A stretch of 38,976 bases of DNA from Nemertoderma westbladi (taxonomy: Eukaryota > Animalia > Xenacoelomorpha): NCBI GenBank assembly GCA_032718475.1, contig JAUCBJ010001766.1, positions 1 to 38,976 of the forward strand. Direction: 5' to 3'. Every line of letters begins with the position of its first letter. Positions within the stretch are counted from its first letter, which is position 1. Below are positions 1 through 12,074 of the stretch, piece after piece. A model generated the notes under the pieces. The model did no database searches. It had not been told where the DNA came from and saw only the letters and a program-made list of their open reading frames with translations. The translations under genes were made by a program, and so were the position numbers.

Positions 1-1317
1 ATTGTAGTTATAATATATTTATTTATCCAAAATTAACATGCGTTAAATTATTATTACTGTAGGATAAATCAGCTGGTTTTCTGACAAATTTTGCAAAACA
101 TGGGGCTGTCTGCCAATCTGCATGTACCATTTGTACCGGTACTGTCAGGCTGTACTCAATTCCTGAATCGAGAATTCTGCAATCATTCAATACTGCAATA
201 CAGGTCAGCCGGTACCATACACTGCAGACATGCCATATCATGTAATCTAAACATGGCCCCGGAAACCCTTGCGGTGATTATAGTTTAGGCCTAATTAGCC
301 TAGTACCGGTAATAAAAGATAGTTCAGTAGTTACCGCTAATCATTCAGTCATTGGCACGGTACACCGTATTGCTGTACTGCCGTTGTAGTGCGCACCGTA
401 GGTACCACCCATGCGTAGGCTGACTGTGCTGATTATGGTACTGTCAGACTGTGGTACCTAAGCTATATACTGTTAGGTATATTGCTGTATTGGGGTGGGG
501 TTAGGAATAATCCATTTGTTTTAGCATTGAACTGTTGAATCCCCTTATTTATTATAAAACCATTGGAAATATTCGCAAATGCTGCTCCATTACTGTCTGA
601 AACGCTCCCGACAGGACAGTCCGATGTATCTGGACCCGAGCAGCCGAGTTGCTTCAAGAGGTGATTAACGGGGGAATACTACGGAATTGCTTGTTTGTCA
701 GTACGATTCTATTTGGGTATTTACTACACTCAGACACTGGGAATACGGCGGTCGGTCAGATCGTAATGCGGGCCACTGCCAAGTTCATCATGCCTCACTC
801 CGGTCACCCACCTTGGAGTGCGGTGGGAAGAGTCCCACTTACTGACTTACGTCGACGACTGGACGAATCGACGAGGATTGCGATCTGGGTTTAGCGGCGG
901 CCCGGATCCTGGGATCGCCTGGGGGAAATGGTTGAACGTTGGGCAGACGTTATCGCACTGGATTACGTTCTCTGTGACGCGAAAGTGTGAAGCGAATTCG
1001 TTGTCGAATTGGGTCGGAAGCTGCGGGAATTCTACTGTTCTACGGGAGTAAACCGCAGCGGTCCGGTGACTACGGACGGATACTACTGGGATAAGCAGGT
1101 ATTTCGATCGAGTTTCTCGTATTCTCGATGCTCGAGGCGGATAGAGAGTTGGTTGTGTTGGGCGGTGTTGTTCAATTCTATCAAACATATTAAATAATTG
1201 GTAAAATAATAAAAACACACCAGATAAAGATTCTGAGCTTATGGTAAAGAGATAGGCCGAACTTACAATTTCCAAATAGATTGTTCATATAATAAATATA
1301 TTTTTGGTATTTGATTT

Positions 1318-1589
1318 CAAGATAGGGGGGGGGGGGGGGGGGGGGGGGAACTGGACGCAATAAAAATTCATCCCTCTCCCAGGGGAAATTGGACGCAAAT
1401 AACAACAGCTGATTACTCTCAAAAATAAAACTGTAACCTGTTCTATTGTGTTTACTTTATTGTTTTGGTTAAAATAACGTGCCACTGTAACCTGCTCCTT
1501 TCCCAAAATTGAGAAATTAATATTGAGGCGGGATATTAATTCGCCAAGATGGGATTTGCGTCCAGTCCCACCCCCCTCCTATCTCTTGA
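1318..1589. mobile_element. MITE-like element with imperfect terminal inverted repeats
   Basis: Left end CAAGATAGG(G)n-AACTGGACGCAA matches the reverse complement of right end TTGCGTCCAGTCCCACCCCCCTCCTATCTCTTG. Related internal sequence (TTATTGTTTTGGTTA...GTAACCTG) recurs at about 10220-10460, 13315, 18410 and 38365. Confidence 0.6.
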
Positions 1590-1666
1590 TTTCACTAAAA
1601 AATAGAATACATTGCATTTTACTGTTATAATTACTGTATTGAATAAAATAATTAATTGATTGTTTA

Positions 1667-2050
1667 TTAAACCGTGCTAAGCACGTTGAACTGGAGCTCT
1701 AACAATTCCCCACTAGCGGCAGACAGGAACTGTAAAAGTCTCTGTAGAATTTCTAATTAAGCAATGCTCTTAGGTAACTACTACTAAATTTCAGATGAAT
1801 CTGATCTTTGGTTCTATAATTACAGCTATTTTTACGTTTCTGTTAATTCGCCCCCTAGCGGCAGACCGGGGAACTGTAGAAGTCTGTCTGTGTGTAGAAT
1901 TTCTAAATTTTTTATAGACTACATGTGTACCAAGTTTGGTTCCATTTCATCCATGATTGACCGACTTATTAGCTTTTCAAACATTCCTGCCACAAACATA
2001 GCCAGAGGCAGCCACAAACAAATAAAAGCTGCAGGAACTCTAGCGATAAT
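1667..2050 (-). mobile_element. Non-autonomous Helentron/HINE-like element, family 2, copy 1
   Basis: Similar along its length to 37834-38205. Terminal hairpin CGTGC-TAA-GCACG and subterminal TGGAGCTCT (1692-1700), whose reverse complement lies at the far end of copy 2. Confidence 0.55.
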
Positions 2051-2465
2051 TAATTTATTAATTATTAAATACTGTTTCAATTAAATTCTTTACGAAAATC
2101 TAGTCATCTTCTTTTAAATATGGACCCTGCATTCATGGAAAATATAATATTTGATAATTCATCAGTCAGCCTACGCTAATTTCACAGCAAAGTCCTTGTC
2201 ATGGCCTGTGTGTAGTAGGCCATGGTACCACCCTACTACCGGTACCGGCTGACCGCGTGACCGGTGGCAAATAGCACTTCAGCACTTGCACAGCAACAGC
2301 ACTACCGGCGATACACAGGTTGAAATTTATGTAGAGTTTGCTCAACAGTACAGATATAAAATAGTTATCTAAATTATATATATTACTATTGACAAGTATT
2401 GAAATATATACCGTTATTCGTGTTATCAGTATTTGCAAAATCTGACATTGAAGAGGTGAGAGAAG

Positions 2466-2797
2466 ATGAATACCGGCACTCAACAAAACCAACGCTTATC
2501 ACAGGTCGGTATGGTTACCTCGAAACCGGCGCGACTGTCCACTCGAATACAACTTCAAAACACAAACGCCAACAATAAACAGAAAGCGAATCGAACGTCT
2601 TCAGAAGAATCTGTCATTGGGACGAAGAAAAGGAAGCCGAAACCACGGGAATGGACCACAGCTAAGATTGAATGCTCCCATTGTCAGAGTTCCTGGACCG
2701 AAATTGAAACACCAATTGCCGATGGGCTTGATCTCTCAAACCAAAACTTCCTCTGCGGGGTTTGCGCGGCAGTAAAGATTGAAAGTCTGGAAGCTGG
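2466..2797 (+). pseudogene. Truncated ORF with CxxC...CxxC zinc finger; possible LINE ORF1 N-terminus
   Basis: ECSHCQSS...NFLCGVCAAVKIESLE after a basic low-complexity stretch. The ORF runs into a repeat at 2797, so its tail is not authentic. Confidence 0.35.
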
Positions 2798-3066
2798 CAT
2801 CCCTAGGTATTATTATTATAAAGAGCGTCAGCCTGCGTTTAATAAATATATTTTAATACAAAACAGGTCGAACGCAAAGAGGCTTATAATGAAGACGAGT
2901 ACTGCATTGATTATATTCCTATAAACCACCTGGCTTTGCATATTGAACGTGCGTTTGGAAATAAGTTCGTGCTACCCTTCCGTAGGTGGTAGATGTCGCG
3001 GTTATGTATTGGTGGGTGGGGGGAAGAGGGGGGGGGGGGGTGCAGATTGAAAGGGGTGAACACGTA
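2797..3066. repeat. Dispersed repeat, about 270 bp, copy of 5552-5826
   Basis: Both copies align from GCATCCCTAG to an identical end at GAACACGTA, with a poly-G tract near the end. Confidence 0.85.
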
Positions 3067-3194
3067 CTGTCCCCCTTTCTTTGATTAATTGGTGGTGTGG
3101 GTTAATCTCTCATAACCTGATTTTGTGATACAGTCGCACAATTTTAATTTGTATCTCATAACTGGGCCTCGTGCTGCGCGAAGGCCCCACGAAC

Positions 3195-4318
3195 GTGTTT
3201 CTGTTGATCCGATTCCTTGTAAGTTACATATTTTACATTTTGCTAAATATATTATATCTTTGTCATCACAGGTAAGGCGCTGTTTAATTTCATATTTAGT
3301 TTTCAAACGGGTCGAGGTTAATCCGAATTGTTTTGTTGGTTTTATCGCTTCACATGGTATACATTTCTGTCTTGTACATTTTTTAGATCCAGCATGTGTT
3401 GTATTTGCCTGGTTCTTCTGCTTTGATGTTAAACTGGATGGAGCTAAAATTCCCTTTAGCGTAGGGGCCCTACGGTTAATATTTACTATTTTATAAGAGT
3501 CAATGAGTTGATTGGTCCTGATGTCTGTTCTTAGAATAGGTGTATGTTTGTCTACTATCTTTTGTATTGATCCTAATATAGGTTCAGTGTTACTAACATA
3601 AAATATGGTATATTTACTTTTATTTCGTTTTTTATCATTTTGTAGAGATTCTAACTGTGTCTGTCTGAATAGCTGCCGCTGCAAATTGTGTAGTAACATC
3701 GGCCATTCTCCAACCCCTAGCAATGAATGCTGCTCCATATTCATAAAGTGCTTGCATTAAATCCTCCATTCGTGAATTGTTACGCCTCAATCGTAGGGCA
3801 ACCCCATATGGAACGTGTTTAAGTTGACTGTGCGGATGGGCTGAGTGCGGACATATATATTGATGGACGTCTGTTGGTTTGTGGTATATTTTTGTTTGAA
3901 GTATTCCATTGTCATCAAAAAATATAGTTAAATCTAAGTAATTAATTTTCCTTCCATATTCTTCTAATTTAAACTTTATTTTCCCAGGTTTAACGGTATT
4001 GTTGAGGTGGTCAATCAGAATACCGATATCTTCATCTTCTTGTTCAAGTGTAATAGCTATTCCATCATCTATAAATCGTTTCCATTCTTCCGGAGGCTTT
4101 GGTGAAGTTCGGACTGCTGTATCAATATATTCAGCACCAAAAATGTCTGTGTAAGAGCAAGAGTATGATGGGCCCATTGCCGACCCATCCACTTGTGTGT
4201 AATGTTTTCCATTAAAACTACAATTATTACAATTTAAACATAATTCTAGAGCTTCAGTCAAACATTCTACTGGGGGAGAGTCTTCTAGTAATAAATCTGG
4301 GTGATGAAATCTATCCAA
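3195..4318 (-). mobile_element. Penelope-like retroelement fragment (RT C-terminal half, thumb, Cys-rich linker, start of GIY-YIG endonuclease), frameshifted and truncated at both ends
   Basis: ORF 3635-4318 has QVDGSAMG, RFIDD, NYLDL, YHKPT and SAHP, typical PLE RT motifs. ORF 3085-3744 has CTRQKCIPC...LTC and IIYLAKCKICNLQGIGST (GIY-YIG-like). Frameshift near 3640-3660. Confidence 0.92.
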
Positions 4319-4620
4319 ACTTGGTACACATGTTGTTTGGCAAAAGTTTAGAAATTTTCTAAGTTGAATTTTCGTGTGGCCTTCGAGAAGCTAAGATAAT
4401 AGCAGTTAATTAGTTAATTAAATTGATTACGGTAAAAACAGCACTTTCAACCTGCCTGTTAAAGGAAATTAATTGTTTTACAGTATAAGACTTCAATAAT
4501 TATACTTAAAAATTATACAGATGTAATCCACATACCCCATTCTATTATAGTTTTTAATTAGTTCAAGTGATTTGCTTTAATAATTGTGTCTTTAATTGAT
4601 CTAAAGTAATTAAAACGGCA
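4319..4620. repeat. Diverged partial copy of the repeat at about 8478-8770
   Basis: Shared CTTGGTACACAT...GGCAAAAGTTTAGAAATTTTC...CCTTCGAGAAGCTAAGATAATAGC...GTTCAAGTGATTTGCTTTAA. It abuts the truncated end of the Penelope RT. Confidence 0.85.
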
Positions 4621-5254
4621 TAGAAAATTGATTCTCATTAAATACTGCTCATTTATTGGCCAACATGCTGGTACATAGATGGAAGGATGTGTGTGTAAGG
4701 CAGCCAGTTGCTGGGAATGATTATTGGTCAAGTCTCTGCTGGTGTGGAGCTAGCTGGCTGGGAGTTGTGGCTGTAGACTAACCAGAGAGGAATTGTAATA
4801 GGCAACCAGGATTGCTATTCCAGCCCAGACAGCATTCTTTAAATCCCACATCCCACCATCCTTCCTGTATTCCAATTCCTATTGACTCTACTATAAATGT
4901 TGTATTGCTATCTCAGGTAAATGACAGATGATAATAACATAAATACTATCCATGGCATGGCTGTTGTGTAGGCTTATATATGAAATAGTTTATTCCACAA
5001 TGTATTTGTCTGGTTATTTTTTAATTGAATTTTTGTAAAGTAGTAAAATTAATGTTCTTAAAAATAATTTTATTATTTTATATGTAACCAAGGAAATTAG
5101 CTACAATTTTTCGCTGCAGCTTTAAGAGTGTACATTGATTTAATATTATTTCAATACCCATATTACTACATCGGCATACGATGCGTTGGCGTTGTATCAC
5201 ACATCTCCACATAGATGTATCAGCAGTTACTCGCACAGTTTCGAAACTTCGCAT

Positions 5255-5826
5255 AGTTATAACTGTATAAAGGTCGTCAGTCTGCGTTTAGGAAAAATAT
5301 TTTATGACAACACAGGACGAGCGACGAGCGCAACGAGGCATATAATGAAGACGAGTACTGCGTAGACTATATTCCTATAAACCATACCTGGCTGCGCCTA
5401 TTGAACGCATCGGTAGTTATAAAGATCGTCAGTCTGCGTTTAGGAAATATATTTAAATATAAAACAGGACGAGCACAACCAGGCTTATAAAGAAAACGAG
5501 TACTGCGTTAACTAAATTATTATATAAACCACCTGGCTTCACACATTTATCGCATCCCTAGTTATTATTATTATAAAGATCGTCCTAGCCTGCGTTTAAG
5601 AAATATATTTAAATTCAAAACAGGACGAACGCAATAACGAACGCTTATAATGAAAACGAGTACTGCGTTTATTATATTCCTATAAACCACCTGGCTTTGC
5701 ATATTGAACGTGCAATTGGAAATAAGTTCGTGCTACCCTTCCGTGGGTGGTAGATGTCGCGGTTGTGTATTGGTGGGTGGGAAGGGTGGGGGGGGGGGGG
5801 TCCAGATTAAAAGGGCTGAACACGTA
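5255..5826. repeat. Three diverged tandem units of about 152 bp plus a G-rich end
   Basis: AAAG(G/A)TCGTC near 5269, 5421 and 5575, each followed by CAGGACGA and ACGAGTACTGCG. The last unit plus tail is duplicated at 2797-3066. Confidence 0.8.
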
Positions 5827-5829
5827 GGT

Positions 5830-7278
5830 ATCACTTGTCTGGATCCGACCGAAAAAAAAAAATTTCGAAAAAAGGTACTGGGGTGGTTATATTGCAGCAC
5901 CAAAATTACAAGTAGTGCACAATTTTCACCAAATTTGAAAGTTACATTTTTGGCTAATTATTTTTCAATACAGGTTTTCTGGGGTGCAAAATACATTGGA
6001 AAATATTTAAAAATGATATGATTACTACATTATAAATGGCTGTTTAGTCGTCTCTGAGTAGGAAAAAAATGAAAAAAACAAGTAGCCAGCACTTTTCAGT
6101 TAGAACACAAAATTTTTAATTCACTTATACGATGCTATAAATTCACATTTTCAGATTTTCGAGAGCGCTGATTCTAATGGAATACATTTCTAATATGCCA
6201 GATCATTGCTACTTGTATTTTTCGTAAATCTTGTAAATTTTGGTGCTAGCACCAAATTTCGTACCCATCACCAAAAAGTACAAGTTTGCGATGTCCAGCG
6301 CTGTTTTTATTGATTCCATCGGATTCAGGACCCTCATAAACCCGTATAACGCAAGAAACAAGGTGATACTATCTACTTATCAATTTGCATATTTTCCAAA
6401 ATTTGGTGCTGGCACAACAATTTTCACCCACCGGCGAAAAATACAAGTTTGAGAACTCTTATGAAATTTTTACTGATTCCATTGAATTCAGAACCATCAC
6501 AAACCCGTATAACGCAAGAAACAAGGTGACACAATCAATTGATATATTTGATGGTTTTCAAAATTTGGTGCTAGCACCACATTTTGCACCCACATCCGAA
6601 AAATACAAGTTTGAGATGTCTAGTTCGATAATTATATTTTCCATTGAATTCAGAACAGCCATAAACCTCTAAAACTCAAGAAATAAATTGTCACAAGCAA
6701 TTTTATCTATTAAATGGATTTTTTTTCAAAATTTCGTGCTAACACCAAAATTTGTACACAGCGCCGAAAAATACAAGTTTGATACGCTTGGTGCAACTCG
6801 TATATATTTCATCGAATCCAGAAACCCAAAAAACCCCAATTGCGTAAAAAACAAGTTTCAAACGATCAATTTACAAAATTGACTTATTTCAAAATTTGGT
6901 GCTGGCACCAAAATTTGGCACCCACCGAAAAAAACAAGTTTGAAATTTCTAAATCAATTTATATGAACTCCATCAAATTTCTAACACCAAAAAACCGGTG
7001 TAAATCCAAAATAGAGATGTTACAATTCATATTTATTGAAATGTAATTTTCAAAAAACGTCTCAAAAAAAGTGCCAAAAGTAGGGTTAAAAAATGGTGCT
7101 ATAACTCGAAAAGTACCCAATATTTTTGAAAACGGTTTTCACTACTAGGAAGACAATAGATTTTTAGGAAAAGACATAAAATTTCAGATTTCCAACTGCG
7201 TTTGTTTCAGAATTATAATAAAAAAAACACGGGGGAGGGTCATATTGACCCCCCCCCCCCCGGGTTTAATAGGGTTAA
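5830..7278. mobile_element. piggyBac-type non-autonomous element (right terminus visible; left boundary approximate)
   Basis: Ends in CCCGGGTTTAATAGGG followed by TTAA (7275-7278). The uninterrupted target GCT-TTAA-GAAATGTG is present in the paralogous repeat at 8731-8745. No left TIR found. Confidence 0.55.
6230..7050. repeat. Five diverged tandem units of about 163 bp, each with a palindrome
   Basis: Core T(G/C)GTGCT(A/G)(G/A)CAC at 6241, 6404, 6566, 6734 and 6897. Consensus palindrome AAATTTGGTGCTAGCACCAAATTT. Confidence 0.85.
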
Positions 7279-7843
7279 GAAATGTGTTTTTAATTGATCT
7301 AAACGTAATTAACTTATTAAAATGCCCTGTCTCCAGCTGTACTTCCATAGCTCCCTCATTCCTTTGGCATATGCATGCTAGCATAGCTGGGAATTGGAAC
7401 CAGTCCAACCACTTCATCACACTCAAAGGCAGCAATGTAATGAGCCAGAGTAATAAGCCAGCTTTGTTATTGTGTTTAGCTTACAAAATGATTGGCCGAG
7501 TACTTAATCATGATTCTTTAGAATATTTGGTTAAATAATTTCGTTGAGGTGTTGACATGATAAAATCTCAGTATCAATACTATCGGCATAAGGTAAGTTT
7601 TATATTTATTACAAATTGGGTCGCCTCCACGCCTAAAATATTTAATATATTACTTTATGAGTTTAACATGTTACCAATAACATGAGTTTATTGATTTCTT
7701 TGTTGGTTAAGTAAATTAAATAATATGCTGTAGAGAACGCAGTCTCTCAACTTTCAATAATAATATTTACATAGGCAATACCGCCATGCTGAATGTGGAA
7801 GGTATATCCGACTGTCAGATACGGCAGTACTGGTAAGTGGTAA
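7275..7843. repeat. Near-identical copy of 8734-9315
   Basis: Aligns from TTAAGAAATGTG to TGGTAAGTGGTAA. Duplicated spurious ORFs 7184-7435 and 8661-8894. Confidence 0.95.
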
Positions 7844-8359
7844 AAAAATGTTAAATATTGAAATATAATTAAGAAACATCTCCATTGATCACAAAATAGT
7901 GTTTAAATAGAACCGTCACCGAATATTCTAAAAACGCGAAAATCGGAGTGGAGAGGAAGCGAGCAGAGTGGAGTAGGGGGGGCGGGCCGTACCTGAAATC
8001 GCGAAGGGCCTGAGCGCGTGGGCGCGAGGATTGATTCAAGGTAAGAACCCGGGCCTTAAATGTGCAGGAAATTACCACGAACAATACCTTGGGTACTAGT
8101 GAACGGAAAGTGAAGTACCGGCGCAGCGGTAAGTCTCGTTTGCCTGACGTGAAATTCGGGCTCGGTTCAACCGTCTTCTTAAATCTTCAGCTCAGCAGCT
8201 CTCTTCATTTTTTTTCGATATTCTAGAACACAATATTACTATACTGCCACACCACGTCCGCGCCAAAAAAATTTTTATCAGTCCACAAGTAGGCACTAAT
8301 GTTGAAAAGGTATTGAGTCTATATGGGGCCACTAGTGATACATAAAGGTTTATTGTTTA

Positions 8360-9315
8360 TTCTCAGTTGCTATAGCAACAGGTTGCTATGACTCAGGGTT
8401 TAGACATAAGTTCCTATAGCGTTCTTCACTTCGTCGGCTAATCGCAGAAGATCTATAGGCTTCGAGATGGGTCCGCCTTGGTACACATATAGTCTGGCAA
8501 AAGTTTAGAAATTTTCCAAGTAGAATTTCCGTGTTGCCTTCGAGAAGCTAAGATAATAGCAGTTAATTAGTTAATTAAGTTGATTAGGGTAAAAACAGCA
8601 TTTTCAACCTGCCTCTTAAAGGATATTAAATTTTCTAGTATAAGATTTAAATAATTATACTTAACAATTATACAGAGCTGTATTCCCCATACCCCATTCC
8701 GTTATTGTTTTTATTGAGTTCAAGTGATTTGCTTTAAGAAATGTGTTTTTAATTGATCTAAACGTAATTAACTTATTAAAATGCCCTGTCTCCAGCTGTA
8801 CTTCCATAGCTCCCGCATTCCTTTGGCATATGCATGCTAGCATAGCTGGGAATTGGAACCAGTCCAACCACTTCATCACACTCAAAGGCAGCAATGTAAT
8901 GAGCCAAACTAATAAGCCAGCTTTGTTATTGTGTTTAGCTTACAAAATGATTGGCCGAGTACTTAATCATGATTCTTTATAATAATCTTTATAATATATT
9001 GGTTAAATAATTTCGTTGAGGTGTTGACATGATAAAATCTCAGTATCAATACTATCGGCATAAGGTAAGTTTTATATTTATTACAAATTGGGTCGCCTCC
9101 ACGCCTAAAATATTTAATATATTACTTTATGAGTTTAACATGTTACCAATAACACGACTTTATTGATTTCTTTGTTGGTTAAGTAAATTAAATAATATGC
9201 TGTAGAGAGCGCAGTCTCTCAACTTTCTATAATAATATTAACATAGGCAATACCGCCATGCTGAATGTGGAAGGTATATCCGACTGTCAGATACTGCAGT
9301 ACTGGTAAGTGGTAA
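8360..9315. repeat. Longest copy of a repeat also present in part at 4319-4620 and 7275-7843; start may be HINE-like
   Basis: Overlapping alignments to both partial copies from about 8478. Preceded by palindromic GTTGCTATAGCAAC and ATAGCAAC-AG-GTTGCTAT. Left boundary uncertain. Confidence 0.6.
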
Positions 9316-10219
9316 GTGGCTAGTGGCGGTTCTCCAGCATACATTCAGATATTATATAGTTTCAGTTTCCGTCAATTCGGGTTCGATGACCCCTAATATA
9401 TATATATGGCCACTACAATGCGATCTTTAATTATTTTTGCTAGAAATTTGTGCTGTTTGTATATATTTGTGAATAGCTTCCAGTTGTATTTGGAGTTATA
9501 TTAAAAATAAATGTAACTTATTACTTTTAAAACACAAATTTTATGTTAATATGTACTGTACCTCTGCCTTTCATTGGTGTTCTTATCTATTGGTATTGGT
9601 GCTATCTCTATTGGTATTCGTACTGCGCGAAGGCCCCATGAACGTGTCTCAATCCTTACAATATATAATATTCAATATTACGTTATATAACTGCAGAACC
9701 AATTAATTGGTTATTAAAAGATGCCATCGTTGTGAAATGGTGACCCAGCAGTTTATCCTTAAATTAAAAAAAAAGCCCGTACCGGTACCTATGTGGTTAC
9801 CTATGCCTGCTTATCTTTACTTCGAGCTAAAAATCTTGTTGGATATATACAGTAGTTAGGATTAATGCTCTTCTATATGGACTAAAATAGGAAGATAATA
9901 ATAATGAAATAATAAGAGATGATAAGTTTCAACAAACATAACAATATAAAAGTTGGTCAACACCTAAATGCAGAATATGTGTAAGTCCGCATAATAGCTC
10001 ACATAAGGGCCAACATTTATAATCCACCAGGCAGTTATAGCAGAATTATTTTTTAATTTTTATTAAATTATCAATTTTTTATTACTACTGTACTTACCTG
10101 AAATACAATTTTTTCATGATATCCCACCCGTCTATCTTGATTCAATGGCGCAAAATGACCGCAAACACCAAATGTGTGTTTAGTGTGTTTGAAAAAGTAA
10201 TTGAATTTATTTTAAAACG

Positions 10220-10460
10220 TGAAGGGAAAGGAGCAGGTTACAGTGGCGGTATTTTCTAACCAAAACATTAAACGATACTTTATAACCCTGGAAAATAACG
10301 GTAAATTTCAATGTTCTGTTGACTTTCGTTTATTGTTTTGGTTAGAATTACGTACCATTGTAATCTGCTCCTTTCCCTTAAATTATAATTTAACATTGAG
10401 GCGAGATATAAATAAACCGAGATGGGATTTGCGTGAAGTCGCCACCAACCTGTCTCTATT
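10220..10460. repeat. Internally palindromic copy of the 1318-1589 family
   Basis: GGGAAAGGAGCAGGTTACAGTGG...AACCAAAAC is mirrored by GTTTTGGTT...CCATTGTAATCTGCTCCTTTCCC. Ends GATGGGATTTGCGT as in the 1318-1589 copy. Confidence 0.7.
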
Positions 10461-11448
10461 CTATTTTATTGTTAGAAATCTCAAATCGCAAAATAGAATA
10501 ATTCAAATCACCGCAAGATGTCGCTATCGAACATGGACTAGCAATCCACTTTGCCAGGATATTTTTGTAAAGCCAGTTAGTGGCCATTCCCAGTAATAGC
10601 TGGAATATCATTGGCCAATAAACTGTTATAGGCTACAAGCGGTTGAGATTGTAATATAATTCAATGTGATTTACCACAGGGAGCCCTTTGTAACATGGTG
10701 TACATTGATGCACAGTGTACCATTCATAGGTTTGGCTCTTCACATTCAACCTGTTTATTGACTTGTAATTGAGTTATTATAAGCATTCAACACCTATTTT
10801 TGTATATTACATTGCCAGAACATGTACAGTTGTATTAATAAAATTGACATAATGTATTGATTATTGGTATTTAATAAATTTATTTAGTGTTTGTTGTTAG
10901 TATTACTATCGCCTCTAAACCTATATTATATTAGTGACATTACTAAATTTTACTATTAAATTCAAAAATAGCTTAATTATGGTGAATCAAATCCATTGTT
11001 TAGCGAATCGAAAATGTTTATTATCATTAAGGAAACAGAACAGGTTATAGTGGCAGCCTATTATAAGGTAACACTAACCGCAACACCTAATACTTCAGTA
11101 CCGGTACTTATTTAACTATCACAGACACAGTTCAACACAATTTATTTATTCTAAACAAAACAATAACACGGTTAGAGACTCATTTAAGATTTTATCGAAT
11201 AATTACATGTTAATTTCGTCGATTCTTGTTGCTCAGTTTGATGTTTATTTTATTTTACATTAATATTTAATTTTTTTATATTTATTAATATTTAATATTC
11301 AGCAATGAATTGGTTTGTTGTTTTTCGGATTCTTATACAATAGTTATATTAATATTATAGACGGCGGGCTGTGTAGGTACTTGTCCTGTAATTTTAATGA
11401 ATCTGAATTTTAATTAAAACTACAGTTTATTATCCTATCAGCCTATGC

Positions 11449-11866
11449 CAGAGGCGTAACGAAGGGGGGGGGACGTTCCCCCGGGTACACTCACCCAGCG
11501 GCGCTGAAATGTCAGGGAAAATGTCAGGAAATTCTTGTAAAATTAGGATAAATCAGTGAAAATTCAGGGATTGTGATACAGTATTTACAGTACGGTACAT
11601 GTGTAATAAGTCAGTAAGTGAAAATGTGAAAAATTTTCTCTGCTCGTTTCGCTCGTCATTCTATATATTATAAGTGCACTATATCAAACTTGTGTGAAAT
11701 AGATTTCATATAGTTATACAGCATACTGTTAGATATATAATATTTAAGAAAACAACGTCATATAATAGAAAAGTTAAAATTATTGAAGGTAGGGGGGGGG
11801 GGGGGGGGGGGGGGGGGCATCTCAGCTTCACTCCCCTGGGTGCCAGAAGGGCTCGCTTCGCCTCTG
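11449..11866. mobile_element. hAT-type MITE, 418 bp
   Basis: TIR CAGAGGCG / CGCCTCTG. Imperfect 8-bp TSD GCCTATGC (11441-11448) / CCCTATGT (11867-11874). Confidence 0.7.
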
Positions 11867-12074
11867 CCCTATGTCACAGCAAATAATTTAATAATTTATT
11901 TATATTACAAGTAGCTCCTTACTGTTTTTATATTATCCGATTTCTGTATTATTATTTATAATTTTAAACCTAATTAACTAAAGTAAACTTAATAACTTAA
12001 ATTGTGTTGTTGAGCGGCATATACATAACTGGCGGCATAATGATGTTTTGATTATAAAAACCAAGAAAGCCATA

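Noticed and set aside
5225-5290. Minus-strand CTGACGA...GAAAC as a Penelope pLTR hammerhead
   Set aside because: Stem II and stem III do not pair, and the motif is not conserved in the copies at about 2820 and 5580.
12048-12074. ORF-track start at 12048
   Set aside because: It is a TTG. The ATG at 12075 directly precedes the signal peptide.
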